A stretch of 58,014 nt of DNA from Candidatus Magasanikiibacteriota bacterium. GTDB lineage: Bacteria; Patescibacteriota; Patescibacteriia; Magasanikbacterales; 2-02-FULL-50-9b. Under the pieces are notes generated by a model. It did not search any database. It was not told where the DNA came from and saw nothing but the letters and a program-made list of their open reading frames with translations. The DNA lies in assembly GCA_943355025.1 (NCBI GenBank), contig CALRDW010000001.1, positions 1 to 58,014 on the forward strand. The letters run 5' to 3'. The translations under genes were made by a program, and so were the position numbers. This document shows, piece after piece, positions 47,479 through 56,242 of this stretch; position 1 is the first letter of the stretch, and every line of letters begins with the position of its first letter.

Positions 47479-48342
47479 TTAAATAAGGTCTGCCCAGTGC
47501 GCGTTGGTTTCGACTTCGAGATCTAAAAAAACTTTTGTGTTGAGGCGTTCTTCAAGGTCGCGGCGCGCAACGGTTCCAATTTCTTTGATTGTGCGTCCGC
47601 CTGCGCCAATGATCATTTTTTTGTAACGATCTGCGGCCGTTACGATGCGCGCTTCGATCACGTACATAAATTCATTTCCGTTTGGCGCGATTTTTTCTTT
47701 GACGCTATCCACAACCACATGCATAGCATACGGAAGTTCTTGGCGCATTTCGTTGAGTGCTTTTTCACGGATGATTTCCGCGATCCACTGTTCTTTGCTG
47801 AGATTTGTGCGTTGATTTTCCGGATACATCGCTTCACCTTCTGGAAGTGCATCGAATACTTTATTCAAAAGCCCTTGCGTGTGCGTTCCGGCAAACGCAG
47901 AAATTTCGATTGTTTCAGTAAAGTCCGAGGCGCCAAGTGCGCGATAGTCTTCTAAAAATGGTTTTTTTGCAACGTCGATTTTATTGATAACTAAAATTTT
48001 CGGGATTGTTGCTGCGCGAACAAGCGACAATGTGTAGCGCTCTTCCGCACCGACCGCGCGTGTTGGATCAACAACATACACAATCACATCAATGCCCTTG
48101 AGTGCGTCTTTAACTTTCTCAACGAGCTGACCTGTAAGTTCAGAATGGGAGCCTTTTAAAATACCCGGTGTATCGACGAACACAACTTGACCACGCTCAT
48201 CAGTGACGATGCCGTGGATAATCATGCGAGTGGTTTGTGGCTTGTTCGTCGTAATTGCAATTTTACTGCCAACGAGTGCGTTGATCAGTGTTGATTTGCC
48301 GACGTTCGAGCGGCCAATGATGATTGCGAATCCAGATTTCAT
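47479..48342 (-). CDS. era: GTPase Era
   Basis: GRSNVGKSTL, KPQTTR, DTPG, NKID, IIG.GG..IK KH domain. Confidence 0.97.
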   Translation of the reverse strand: MKSGFAIIIGRSNVGKSTLINALVGSKIAITTNKPQTTRMIIHGIVTDERGQVVFVDTPGILKGSHSELTGQLVEKVKDALKGIDVIVYVVDPTRAVGAEERYTLSLVRAATIPKILVINKIDVAKKPFLEDYRALGASDFTETIEISAFAGTHTQGLLNKVFDALPEGEAMYPENQRTNLSKEQWIAEIIREKALNEMRQELPYAMHVVVDSVKEKIAPNGNEFMYVIEARIVTAADRYKKMIIGAGGRTIKEIGTVARRDLEERLNTKVFLDLEVETNAHWADLI

Positions 48343-48425
48343 GCGAAAAGCGTATCACAGCGCGGAGGATTAGGCAAGGTTGAGAGGATTACAAAACGAA
48401 GCGCCTGGGTTAACTCAGACGCTTG

Positions 48426-48608
48426 TTATTTTGTTTTATGTGCAAAGCTGAGAATAATAGAGCCAACCGAGGTAGAGATAAGACCAGCGACAAAAATGTG
48501 AGTGCCGCCCGTTTTCCATGTAACGGCGCCATATACAAGCCCTAACCAGCCAATGACTGCGAAACAGCGACCGATGAGAACTAACATTCGGTTATTTTGT
48601 TGCTCCAT
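48426..48608 (-). CDS. Small 2-TM membrane protein
   Basis: Two hydrophobic segments; hairpin at 48399-48424 downstream. Confidence 0.55.
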   Translation of the reverse strand: MEQQNNRMLVLIGRCFAVIGWLGLVYGAVTWKTGGTHIFVAGLISTSVGSIILSFAHKTK

Positions 48609-48612
48609 AAAA

Positions 48613-48645
48613 TAAAAATACTGCTAAAGTATAGCAGTATTTTTA
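48613..48645 (-). terminator. Terminator after rpmA
   Basis: Perfect 14-bp inverted repeat TAAAAATACTGCTA/TAGCAGTATTTTTA. Confidence 0.7.
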
Positions 48646-48661
48646 GCGACTCACCAAAAAA

Positions 48662-48952
48662 TTATTTTGCAGCTACTTTTCGGCCAACGTTCGCAAACGT
48701 GCGAAGCGCAAGTGAACCATCAAATGCTTTGACTTTCCGTCGGGTATACGTAACCAAGCCAGCAATTGCTGCGTAGAGTGTATCGTCTTTGCCGCGGCGG
48801 ACATTTTTGCCGGGGTGGACTTTTGTTCCACGCTGGCGAAAAATGATCTGACCTGCGAGTGCCTTTTGTCCATCATGAAGCTTGGCACCGAGACGTTGCG
48901 CTTGCGAGTCTCGGCCCAGTTGGGTGGAACCGGCGGATTTTTTTGTTGCCAT
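48662..48952 (-). CDS. rpmA: 50S ribosomal protein L27
   Basis: MA.KK..GS...GRDS...RLG.K, RQRGTK.HPG.NV..G.D.TL. Confidence 0.97.
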   Translation of the reverse strand: MATKKSAGSTQLGRDSQAQRLGAKLHDGQKALAGQIIFRQRGTKVHPGKNVRRGKDDTLYAAIAGLVTYTRRKVKAFDGSLALRTFANVGRKVAAK

Positions 48953-49006
48953 AGCGGGATAATTGCCAAAATCAAGTGAAAGGATTATACTCTAGGAACT
49001 ATAGCT

Positions 49007-49294
49007 ATGTCAAGAACACAAGAGGAAATCGAGACAGCTATCAAGCTCGTTCTCGTGGAAAAGATCGCACCCCTCCTTGCTCGCCACCGTGGCGGCGCTG
49101 AATTGGTGTCGTTTGAGGCGGAAAATGGAGTGGCAACACTACGTTTTTTGGGTACCTGCGTTGGCTGTCCCATGTCAACAATTACCCTTAAATCAGGGGT
49201 CGAAAGCGAGATCATCGACGCGGTTCCTGAAGTAAACGAAGTCCACGCTGAGGGTGTGGATGAGGACGCATTTGAGTTCATTGGTGAAGAATAA
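49007..49294 (+). CDS. NifU/Nfu C-terminal domain protein
   Basis: P.L..H.G, G.CVGCP.S..TLK.GVE. Confidence 0.9.
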   Translation: MSRTQEEIETAIKLVLVEKIAPLLARHRGGAELVSFEAENGVATLRFLGTCVGCPMSTITLKSGVESEIIDAVPEVNEVHAEGVDEDAFEFIGEE

Positions 49295-49298
49295 ACAC

Positions 49299-49664
49299 AT
49301 GAGACACGCCTGGTATCCACCCCAGCTTTTTGTACGCAAGTGGGAAGTTGTAACCCCACTGGCTGTTACGTTAGTGAGCATGATTGCTCTCATTATTTGG
49401 ATTGAAGTCGCGCTCCGGCACGTTGCGCAGCCATTATTTTTACACTATTCGGTTGAACTTGGTGTAGATTCGGTCGGAAGCGCGCTGCAGGTGCTCCTGC
49501 TCCCGATCGCGGTTATTTTGGCCGCTGTCATCAATACTTTTTTGACCAACCTTCTTTTGTTATCTGCGCGGCCGCTTGCGCTCATGGTTGCATGGAGCAC
49601 CGTGCCGCTTGCGGGACTTGCGTATTGGCTTGCATGGCTCGTCCTCCGAGTAAACGGTGTTTAA
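49299..49664 (+). CDS. Hypothetical 3-TM membrane protein
   Basis: LHYS...GVD..G motif. Confidence 0.7.
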   Translation: MRHAWYPPQLFVRKWEVVTPLAVTLVSMIALIIWIEVALRHVAQPLFLHYSVELGVDSVGSALQVLLLPIAVILAAVINTFLTNLLLLSARPLALMVAWSTVPLAGLAYWLAWLVLRVNGV

Positions 49665-49665
49665 T

Positions 49666-50739
49666 ATGGATCCACGCTCAGCTCTTATCATCATCGCGCT
49701 TCTGTCTCTGCTCGGTTTTCTTGTGGCGTTTAGCGCTGCTCCGATACTCGCGAAAATTTTGTATAAGTATAAATGTTGGAAAAAAGCGGTGCGAACAGTT
49801 GCGCCAGATGGAAGTGCGACACCTATTTTTTCAATGCTCCACAAAGACAAGGAAATGAACACTCCTCGCATGGCAGGCCTCCTTTTGTGTGGTTCCGTTA
49901 TCGTCGTCGGGCTGTTCGGCGCTGTGATGTCACATTTTTTCCCAGAAACCGTTCTTGCAGATTTTAATTTTTTCAATCGTTCGCAAACGTGGATCCCGAT
50001 TTTTACGTTTATTGCCGCGTGTTTGCTCGGCCTCATGGATGATTTACTGGTTGTCGGCGGCTTTGGCGGCGTTGAAAAAGGAGGGGGCATTAAATTTCGC
50101 CACAGACTCGCATTAGTTTTTTTAATCGGTATCATCGGCGCATACTGGTTCCACTACAAACTTGGATGGGATGTTTTGCATGTGCCACTATTTGGGGATT
50201 TTTTCATCGGTGTTTGGTATATTCCACTTTTCATTCTCGTGATCGTTGGGATTTTTAGCAGCTCTGTTGTTGATGGTCTCGATGGATTGGCAGGTGGCAT
50301 TTTCGCAATTTTATTTGCGACATTTGCAGCAATCGCTTTTGCGCGCGGGCAATTTTATCTAAGCTCTTTTTGCGCTGTGATCGTTGGAAGCATTCTTGCG
50401 TTTCTCTGGTTCAACATTCCGCCAGCACTTTTTTACATGGGCGAGACCGGCATTCTTGCGTTGACAACAACGCTTGGCGTCGTCGCATTTTTTACGAACA
50501 GCGTTTTGTTGCTACCGATAGCGGGAATTGTTCTTGTGATTGAAGCAGGATCTGTTGCGCTCCAATTATTTTCGAAAAAAGTTTTCAAACGAAAGATTTT
50601 TTTGGTTGCTCCCTATCATCATCACCTCGAAGCTAAAGGCTGGCCCGCACACAGAGTAACGATGCGTATGTGGCTCATCACGGGTGTTGCGTGCATGATA
50701 ACGCTTGTACTTGCACTGCTTGACATTATTAACAAATAA
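49666..50739 (+). CDS. mraY: Phospho-N-acetylmuramoyl-pentapeptide transferase
   Basis: TP.MAG, G..DD, DGLDGLA, FL.FN..PA...MG.TG, AP.HHH.E..GW. Confidence 0.94.
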   Translation: MDPRSALIIIALLSLLGFLVAFSAAPILAKILYKYKCWKKAVRTVAPDGSATPIFSMLHKDKEMNTPRMAGLLLCGSVIVVGLFGAVMSHFFPETVLADFNFFNRSQTWIPIFTFIAACLLGLMDDLLVVGGFGGVEKGGGIKFRHRLALVFLIGIIGAYWFHYKLGWDVLHVPLFGDFFIGVWYIPLFILVIVGIFSSSVVDGLDGLAGGIFAILFATFAAIAFARGQFYLSSFCAVIVGSILAFLWFNIPPALFYMGETGILALTTTLGVVAFFTNSVLLLPIAGIVLVIEAGSVALQLFSKKVFKRKIFLVAPYHHHLEAKGWPAHRVTMRMWLITGVACMITLVLALLDIINK

Positions 50740-50741
50740 GT

Positions 50742-51872
50742 ATGGAGAGCGAGGAGGGACGCAGCTCATCTACAACATTATTTGCGGTTGTCGGGAGCGT
50801 TCTTGCATTCGGCCTTGTTATGCTTGGATCCGCGACTGCACCGATAGGCGCAGAACATTTTGGAAACGCTTATTATTTTTTGATTCGTCAGATCGGGTTT
50901 GGACTCATTCCAGGTTTGTTACTGTTTCTAATTTTGCGAAAAATTCCGACCTCGCTTTGGGAACGTTCGTGGAAGAGCGCTTTTTGGGTATCGGTTGCGC
51001 TTTTGGGACTTGTATTTATTCCAGGGCTTGGTATTCGAATCAATCATTCTCTCAGTTGGATTAAACTCGGCCCAACATCGTTTCAACCAGGCGAGCTTGT
51101 TAAATTAACATTCGTCATCTTTTTATCAGGCTGGCTTGCGGAGAATCAAAAACTGCTTGGCCGTGCGTTTGAGGACGGGTTGCTTAAATATTTGGTGTAT
51201 TTGGGAATTATTTGCGGCCTATTTATGTTGCAACCAGACTTTGGAACCATGCTTGTACTTGCGGGAACCGCGCTCGTGCTTGCGTTTGTTGCGGGTGCAC
51301 AGATGAAACACCTTGGTGCAATTGTGGGTGTAGGTGTTATTGCGATCGCGGTTTTGATTGCGATTGCGCCGTATCGGTTGGAGCGCATCACGGTTCTCTT
51401 TAATCCAAATAAAGATCCGTATGGAAGCGGATACCACATTAAACAATCGCTTGTTGCAATCGGGAGTGGAGGTTTTTTTGGTAAAGGTCTTGGGAATTCC
51501 CGACAGAAGTTTCAGTATTTGCCAGAAGTGAGCGCGGATTCAATTTTTGCTGTGATCGCCGAAGAAATGGGCTTTATTGTTTCAGCGGCGCTCATTGCGG
51601 CTTATGCATTCGTTGTTCTTCGCGGCTACCAGCTTTCACGTATTGCGCCAACCGAATGGTCGCGTTATTTTATTATTGGCACCGTGACATGGCTTGGAAT
51701 TCAGATTTTCTTGAACATTGGCGCAATGCTTGCGGTATTGCCTCTGACTGGGTTACCATTGCCGCTTGTAAGTCATGGCGGCTCATCACTTATGGTGACG
51801 CTCGCCTCATTCGGTATTATCTCGGCAATTATTATTCCGCCAGAGTCAAAGCGACAACGCGGTCGAACGTAA
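50742..51872 (+). CDS. ftsW: SEDS peptidoglycan glycosyltransferase FtsW
   Basis: FQP.E..K, QPDFGT, LPE...D.IFA...EE.G, P.TG.PLP..S.GGSS. Confidence 0.94.
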   Translation: MESEEGRSSSTTLFAVVGSVLAFGLVMLGSATAPIGAEHFGNAYYFLIRQIGFGLIPGLLLFLILRKIPTSLWERSWKSAFWVSVALLGLVFIPGLGIRINHSLSWIKLGPTSFQPGELVKLTFVIFLSGWLAENQKLLGRAFEDGLLKYLVYLGIICGLFMLQPDFGTMLVLAGTALVLAFVAGAQMKHLGAIVGVGVIAIAVLIAIAPYRLERITVLFNPNKDPYGSGYHIKQSLVAIGSGGFFGKGLGNSRQKFQYLPEVSADSIFAVIAEEMGFIVSAALIAAYAFVVLRGYQLSRIAPTEWSRYFIIGTVTWLGIQIFLNIGAMLAVLPLTGLPLPLVSHGGSSLMVTLASFGIISAIIIPPESKRQRGRT

Positions 51873-51873
51873 T

Positions 51874-52950
51874 ATGAAGATTTTATTTTCTGGTGGTGGT
51901 ACGCTTGGGCCAGTCACACCATTGCTCGCTGTCATCGAAGAGTTGCGATTGCAGGATGACGCTTCGGCACATCAATTTTTGTGGATTGCAACTGAGCGTG
52001 GTGTTGAAATTCCGCTTTTGCGTAAAGCTGGGGTTGAAGTCGTGACAATCCCATCAGGTAAATTTCGACGGTATGTTGATTTTAAAAATTTGAGCGACCT
52101 CGGCAACATCGTGCGTGGGTTTTTCGCGGCGCGAAAAATTATCCGTGAATTTAAGCCAGACGTTGTTGTGACTGCAGGGGGCTTTGTTTCTGTTCCGGTA
52201 CATTATGCAGCGCGGTTTTTGGGTGTTCCAAGCCTGGTGCATCAGCAAGATCTCCGTATCGGTCTTGCCAACAAGCTCATGTCATGGGTTGCGCGGCGCG
52301 TTACGGTTTCGGTAGAGGCTCAACGTGCAGAGTTTTCAAAATTGAAAACCGTTTATACAGGAAACCCTGTGCGACTGAGTGTACTTGCGGGTTCGCGCGA
52401 GCGAGCGATTGAATTGTTTCGATTGAATAGCGATCTTGCGACAATTTTTGTATTTGGCGGCGGAACGGGTTCAACGAACATCAATCGTATCATCGAGCAA
52501 ATCGCGCGAGAGAGCTCTGGTCAATTTCAAATTATACATTTAACCGGTGCGCAGAGAACACAATCTGTGGTTCATGATGTGCCGACATATCATCCGTACC
52601 CGTTTTTTACTGGTGAGATGGCGCACGCGTATGCGGCGGCGGACATTGTTGTTGCGCGCGCTGGTTTTAACACGATTACAGAGGTTGCCGCATGGGGAAA
52701 GCCCTCGATTTTGATTCCGATTTTTGGTTCGCATCAAACTGAGAATGCTCTATGGGCTGGGGAGCGGGGAGCTACGTTTGTGCAGGATGAATTAGCACTG
52801 ACACCACATGATTTGCTCCAGGAACTGCGCGATATTTTGAATAACGCCGAGCGGTATGAATCAATGTCGGTCGCGGCTTCTGAGTTGTTTCCTGTTGGGG
52901 CACGTGAGCGATTGGCTACGGAAATTTTAGCTGTGGGCAGCGGAAAGTAG
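51874..52950 (+). CDS. murG: Lipid I N-acetylglucosaminyltransferase
   Basis: GGGT.G...P, GGFVS.P, GNPVR, GG..G, HQ..NA. Confidence 0.95.
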   Translation: MKILFSGGGTLGPVTPLLAVIEELRLQDDASAHQFLWIATERGVEIPLLRKAGVEVVTIPSGKFRRYVDFKNLSDLGNIVRGFFAARKIIREFKPDVVVTAGGFVSVPVHYAARFLGVPSLVHQQDLRIGLANKLMSWVARRVTVSVEAQRAEFSKLKTVYTGNPVRLSVLAGSRERAIELFRLNSDLATIFVFGGGTGSTNINRIIEQIARESSGQFQIIHLTGAQRTQSVVHDVPTYHPYPFFTGEMAHAYAAADIVVARAGFNTITEVAAWGKPSILIPIFGSHQTENALWAGERGATFVQDELALTPHDLLQELRDILNNAERYESMSVAASELFPVGARERLATEILAVGSGK

Positions 52951-52972
52951 GCTATTTTTGCGGGCCGCAGGG

Positions 52973-53001
52973 TTGACAAAATAGCACAAATGTGCTATAG
53001 T
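52973..53001 (+). promoter_or_regulatory. Cassette 7 promoter with overlapping palindrome
   Basis: TTGACA-N17-TATAGT with TG; ATAGCACA-aa-TGTGCTAT at 52981-52998. Confidence 0.85.
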
Positions 53002-53037
53002 TTTTTTCAGTCAACCATAACCTTATTGGAGGGTTAC

Positions 53038-53571
53038 GTGCTAAAGTTCAATAAAATTGCGGCTATCTGGGTGGCGGTACTGCCCGTGCTTTACTTGGCC
53101 GTGCAGATTGGATTTTTGTGTTTGGGGGCAGCCGTTTTTGCGTCGGTCGCATATCTCGCGGTTCCACGAATGTTGTTTATGTTCATTCTGGCGCCCGCTG
53201 TGGTTGTGTTAGTAGCATGGGCTGAGTGCATCTGGAAAGACCACTTTGGCGAGGTTTACACATGGGATTTTCCAGAGTGGAAGCGCGCCGTGGTGTTCAT
53301 AGTCGCCGGGCTTGTCAGCATGTGGCTGACGTTCTGTGTAAAGCAGGTGTTTTTTAAAGGCTCTGTCGTGCTCAACGACCACGTGACTTTTACTGGCTAC
53401 ACTCTTATTTTGGCCATAGTCTATGTTGGCGTTGAGTGTGGAAGCAGCGCGCTGGTGATCGATCGGAATATCGGTCGTTGGCGCAACTGGCTCGGCTATT
53501 ATGGCCAGCAGCCGTCGCCGGACCGGTGGCGCGCGATCAAAGAAATTCTTCGTGGTCGGGCTGAGCACTAA
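53038..53571 (+). CDS. Polytopic membrane ORFan (cassette 7)
   Basis: GGAGG SD, GTG start; 4-5 hydrophobic segments. Confidence 0.7.
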   Translation: MLKFNKIAAIWVAVLPVLYLAVQIGFLCLGAAVFASVAYLAVPRMLFMFILAPAVVVLVAWAECIWKDHFGEVYTWDFPEWKRAVVFIVAGLVSMWLTFCVKQVFFKGSVVLNDHVTFTGYTLILAIVYVGVECGSSALVIDRNIGRWRNWLGYYGQQPSPDRWRAIKEILRGRAEH

Positions 53572-53592
53572 GATGCGCGTCCGCTCTGAGCA

Positions 53593-53644
53593 AGGCGATT
53601 CGGTGGTTTGTGGAAACACAACTACCTGAGTCGCTTTTTTATTT
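53593..53644 (+). terminator. Cassette 7 terminator
   Basis: AGGCGATTC...GAGTCGCTT then TTTTATTT. Confidence 0.7.
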
Positions 53645-53702
53645 AACGAGGGACTTGCAAAAAATTGGGTTTTAGATATAATGATGCAGTTCAAGTTCGT
53701 TT

Positions 53703-53849
53703 GACCCACAGATCCTTCGCAGTTCGCAGAATTGCTCGGAACTTCTGGACTTCGACCCGTAGATCCTTCGCAGCCTTCGGCTGCTCGGGGCTACCGGGTC
53801 TCGCTCGCGAGAAAACCCGTACGTAAACGTCCAGTTTTCTCACTCACTC
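53703..53849 (+). repeat. tRNA-Lys 5' leader element with sense and antisense copies of the tRNA 5' end
   Basis: GACCC..AGATCCTTCGCAG twice; GCTACCGGGTC (53790-53800) complementary to tRNA nt 1-11. Confidence 0.75.
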
Positions 53850-53922
53850 GACCCGGTAGCTCAGCTGGTAGAGCAGTAGCCTTTTAAGCTAACGGTCGTG
53901 GGTTCAAATCCCACCCGGGTCA
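53850..53922 (+). tRNA. tRNA-Lys (TTT), CCA not encoded
   Basis: GACCCGG/CCGGGTC acceptor, loop CT-TTT-AA, GGTTCAAATCC. Confidence 0.95.
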
Positions 53923-53923
53923 T

Positions 53924-53957
53924 AATAAAAATCCCTCTGTAAGGAGGGATTTTTATT
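53924..53957 (+). terminator. Terminator after tRNA-Lys
   Basis: AATAAAAATCCCTC/GAGGGATTTTTATT. Confidence 0.85.
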
Positions 53958-53987
53958 TTGCGCGTTAAATGCTACACTGATACGGTT

Positions 53988-55316
53988 ATGATTGCCACGC
54001 TTCGTAAAATAATACCACAGCCAATTTTTAAACTATATCACTGGCTCATGTCAGTGAGTGGTGCTTTTTATTACGGCTATCCAACAAAACGAATGATGGT
54101 TGTTGGTATAACAGGCACGAGTGGAAAATCGACAACGGTTTTTTTATTGCACAAAATTTTGACGCACGCAGGGCTTAAAGTTGGCTCAAGTTCGACGATT
54201 GAATTTTGTATCGGCGCGGAGTGCACGCTCAATAAAACAAAGATGACGCAACTTGGTCGGTGGGGGACACAGGCGATGCTTGCTCGAATGCGCACAGCCG
54301 GCTGCGATATCGCGATTGTTGAAACCACATCACAGGGTGTTGAACAATTTCGACACATTGGAATTTTTTACGACGCTCTGATGCTCACAAATTTATATCC
54401 GGAACATATTGAAGCGCACGGAAGTTTTGAAAATTATAAAAATGCAAAGAAAAAATTATTTGCCTATCTCGCGACCCTGCCACTCAAGAAAAAATTTAAA
54501 ATTCCGAAAACAATCATTGTAAACGGAGCCGTAAAGGAGGCTGCAGAATTTATCGCGTTTCCTGTTGAGCGAAAGTGGGCACTCGGCCAATCGATTCCAG
54601 GCTCTAGCCGCGTTTTAGCTGCAGAAAATTCTAATATCACAGCCTCGGGCGTTGAATTCGATCTCGACCTCATACATTTTTCGGTGCCGCTCCTCGGAGG
54701 CCATGTTATTGATAATGCAGTTGCTGCAACTGCTGCTGCGGCTGCGCTTGGTATTAGCTTAGACACGTCTGCGGAAGCGCTTCGAGAAATCAGATCGGTT
54801 CCTGGACGCACAGAACTTATCGACGAGGGGCAGCCATTTAAAATAATGGTTGATTTTGCGTTCGAGCCCGTTGCAATGTCAAAATTATATGAGTTGGTAA
54901 AATTAATTCCACACAATCGTATTTTGCACGTGCTTGGAGGAACCGGTGGTGGGCGTGATGCGGCGCGTCGGCCGCTGCTTGGAAACATTGCCGGAGATAA
55001 CGCCGCGCTTGTTTTTGTCACAAATGAAGATCCGTATGATGAAGATCCGCAAAAAATTATGGATGACGTTGCAGCTGGCGTGCGTGGCGTTGGAAAACGT
55101 GATGGCGTAGATTTTTTTGTGATTCCAGATCGACGTGCCGCAATTGCGCGCGCAGTGCAATTAGCTGAAAAAAATGATATCATTTTAATTACAGGTAAAG
55201 GTTGTGAGCAAGCGATCATCGGGCCAGAGCGTTCGATGACGCCGTGGGATGACCGTGCAGTTGTCCGTGAAGAGCTCGCAAAATTAAAATCAACATGGGA
55301 ATTGTCGGCAAAATAA
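53988..55316 (+). CDS. murE: UDP-N-acetylmuramoyl-tripeptide synthetase
   Basis: GITGT.GKSTT, E.TS.G, TNL..EH...HG, VPGR.E, RD..RRP..G, NEDP, GKG.E. Confidence 0.92.
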   Translation: MIATLRKIIPQPIFKLYHWLMSVSGAFYYGYPTKRMMVVGITGTSGKSTTVFLLHKILTHAGLKVGSSSTIEFCIGAECTLNKTKMTQLGRWGTQAMLARMRTAGCDIAIVETTSQGVEQFRHIGIFYDALMLTNLYPEHIEAHGSFENYKNAKKKLFAYLATLPLKKKFKIPKTIIVNGAVKEAAEFIAFPVERKWALGQSIPGSSRVLAAENSNITASGVEFDLDLIHFSVPLLGGHVIDNAVAATAAAAALGISLDTSAEALREIRSVPGRTELIDEGQPFKIMVDFAFEPVAMSKLYELVKLIPHNRILHVLGGTGGGRDAARRPLLGNIAGDNAALVFVTNEDPYDEDPQKIMDDVAAGVRGVGKRDGVDFFVIPDRRAAIARAVQLAEKNDIILITGKGCEQAIIGPERSMTPWDDRAVVREELAKLKSTWELSAK

Positions 55317-55861
55317 GTCTAAAGCCGCATGAACTGGTATTGCACGTGTATCGGCGATACCCGATCATTGATTTTTGGCACTATATAATCAGCGTTATTT
55401 TTATGTTGGTGCCTTTTTTCTTTTTGTTTCCGCTTTTAAAAATGGGCGCACTTGGGATTGCGCTCGGAAGCTTTATTTTTTTAATTGGCGCCTGTATCAT
55501 GGCGCGCACATTATTTTTGTGGGTTCATAATGTTTTTGTCGTAACGACTGAACGCATAATTGATTTTGATCAACGCGGATTTTTTGAGCGCGTTGTTTCG
55601 CAGTCGTCATTTGAAAAAATTCAGGACGTCTCGTTTCACATTCACGGCGCGTTTGAAACGCTTTTTAATTATGGAGATCTCAATATTAAAACAGGATGGG
55701 GCTCAGTCGACCTTTGTGTGCCGAGAATATATAGGCCGAGTCGTGCGCAACGGCAATTGCTTGATGCACAAGAAGAATTTATGGCGCGAATAAGCGATCA
55801 CAAGCCGCACAAATCTAAATCTACTCACGCATATGGCTCATCCGAAGAATCAGCTTCATAA
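55295..55861 (+). CDS. Bacterial PH-domain membrane protein
   Basis: 2 TM; VT..RIID..Q.G.F....KIQDVS....G....FNYG. Confidence 0.85.
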   Translation: MGIVGKISLKPHELVLHVYRRYPIIDFWHYIISVIFMLVPFFFLFPLLKMGALGIALGSFIFLIGACIMARTLFLWVHNVFVVTTERIIDFDQRGFFERVVSQSSFEKIQDVSFHIHGAFETLFNYGDLNIKTGWGSVDLCVPRIYRPSRAQRQLLDAQEEFMARISDHKPHKSKSTHAYGSSEESAS

Positions 55862-56234
55862 ACTTCGCGTCATCACGCTGTTGGCCGTGATTATTTTTTT
55901 ATTTTTGCTGGTAAGTTTTTTGCGTGTCTTTTTTAAGGACTATGCACTTCGACAAGAGATTTCTCGTGTGCAAGGTGATGTTGGAAAATTGGAGAAGCGA
56001 AAAATAGAATCTCTTGAGGTGCTTAAGCGATTGCAGAGCGATGCATATGTCGAAGACCGAGGCCGCGCAGAATTACAGGCGGTAAAGTCGGGTGAAGCGG
56101 TGCTTGTTGTTCCAGGGCTCACAGTTACGTCGAGCGCCCCGTCGTCGCTTGTTTTAACTGATGAAAAAGCGAAGCCGCTTTCCAATCCTAATAAGTGGTG
56201 GTATTATTTCTTTCGACCTGACAATTCACAATAA
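55833..56234 (+). CDS. Septum formation initiator (FtsB/DivIC)
   Basis: TM plus coiled coil, S..YVE...R..L...K.GE, N..KWW.YFF. Confidence 0.85.
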   Translation: MAHPKNQLHKLRVITLLAVIIFLFLLVSFLRVFFKDYALRQEISRVQGDVGKLEKRKIESLEVLKRLQSDAYVEDRGRAELQAVKSGEAVLVVPGLTVTSSAPSSLVLTDEKAKPLSNPNKWWYYFFRPDNSQ

Positions 56235-56242
56235 TTTTTTCT

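Noticed and set aside
53703-53800. CRISPR-like or mini-array reading of the repeated AGATCCTTCGCAG
   Set aside because: Only two degenerate units, no unique spacers and no cas genes.
54464-55219. 251-aa minus-strand ORF (and similar long antisense ORFs at 21313, 11247, 49560)
   Set aside because: They lie opposite well-supported genes and show no family motifs.
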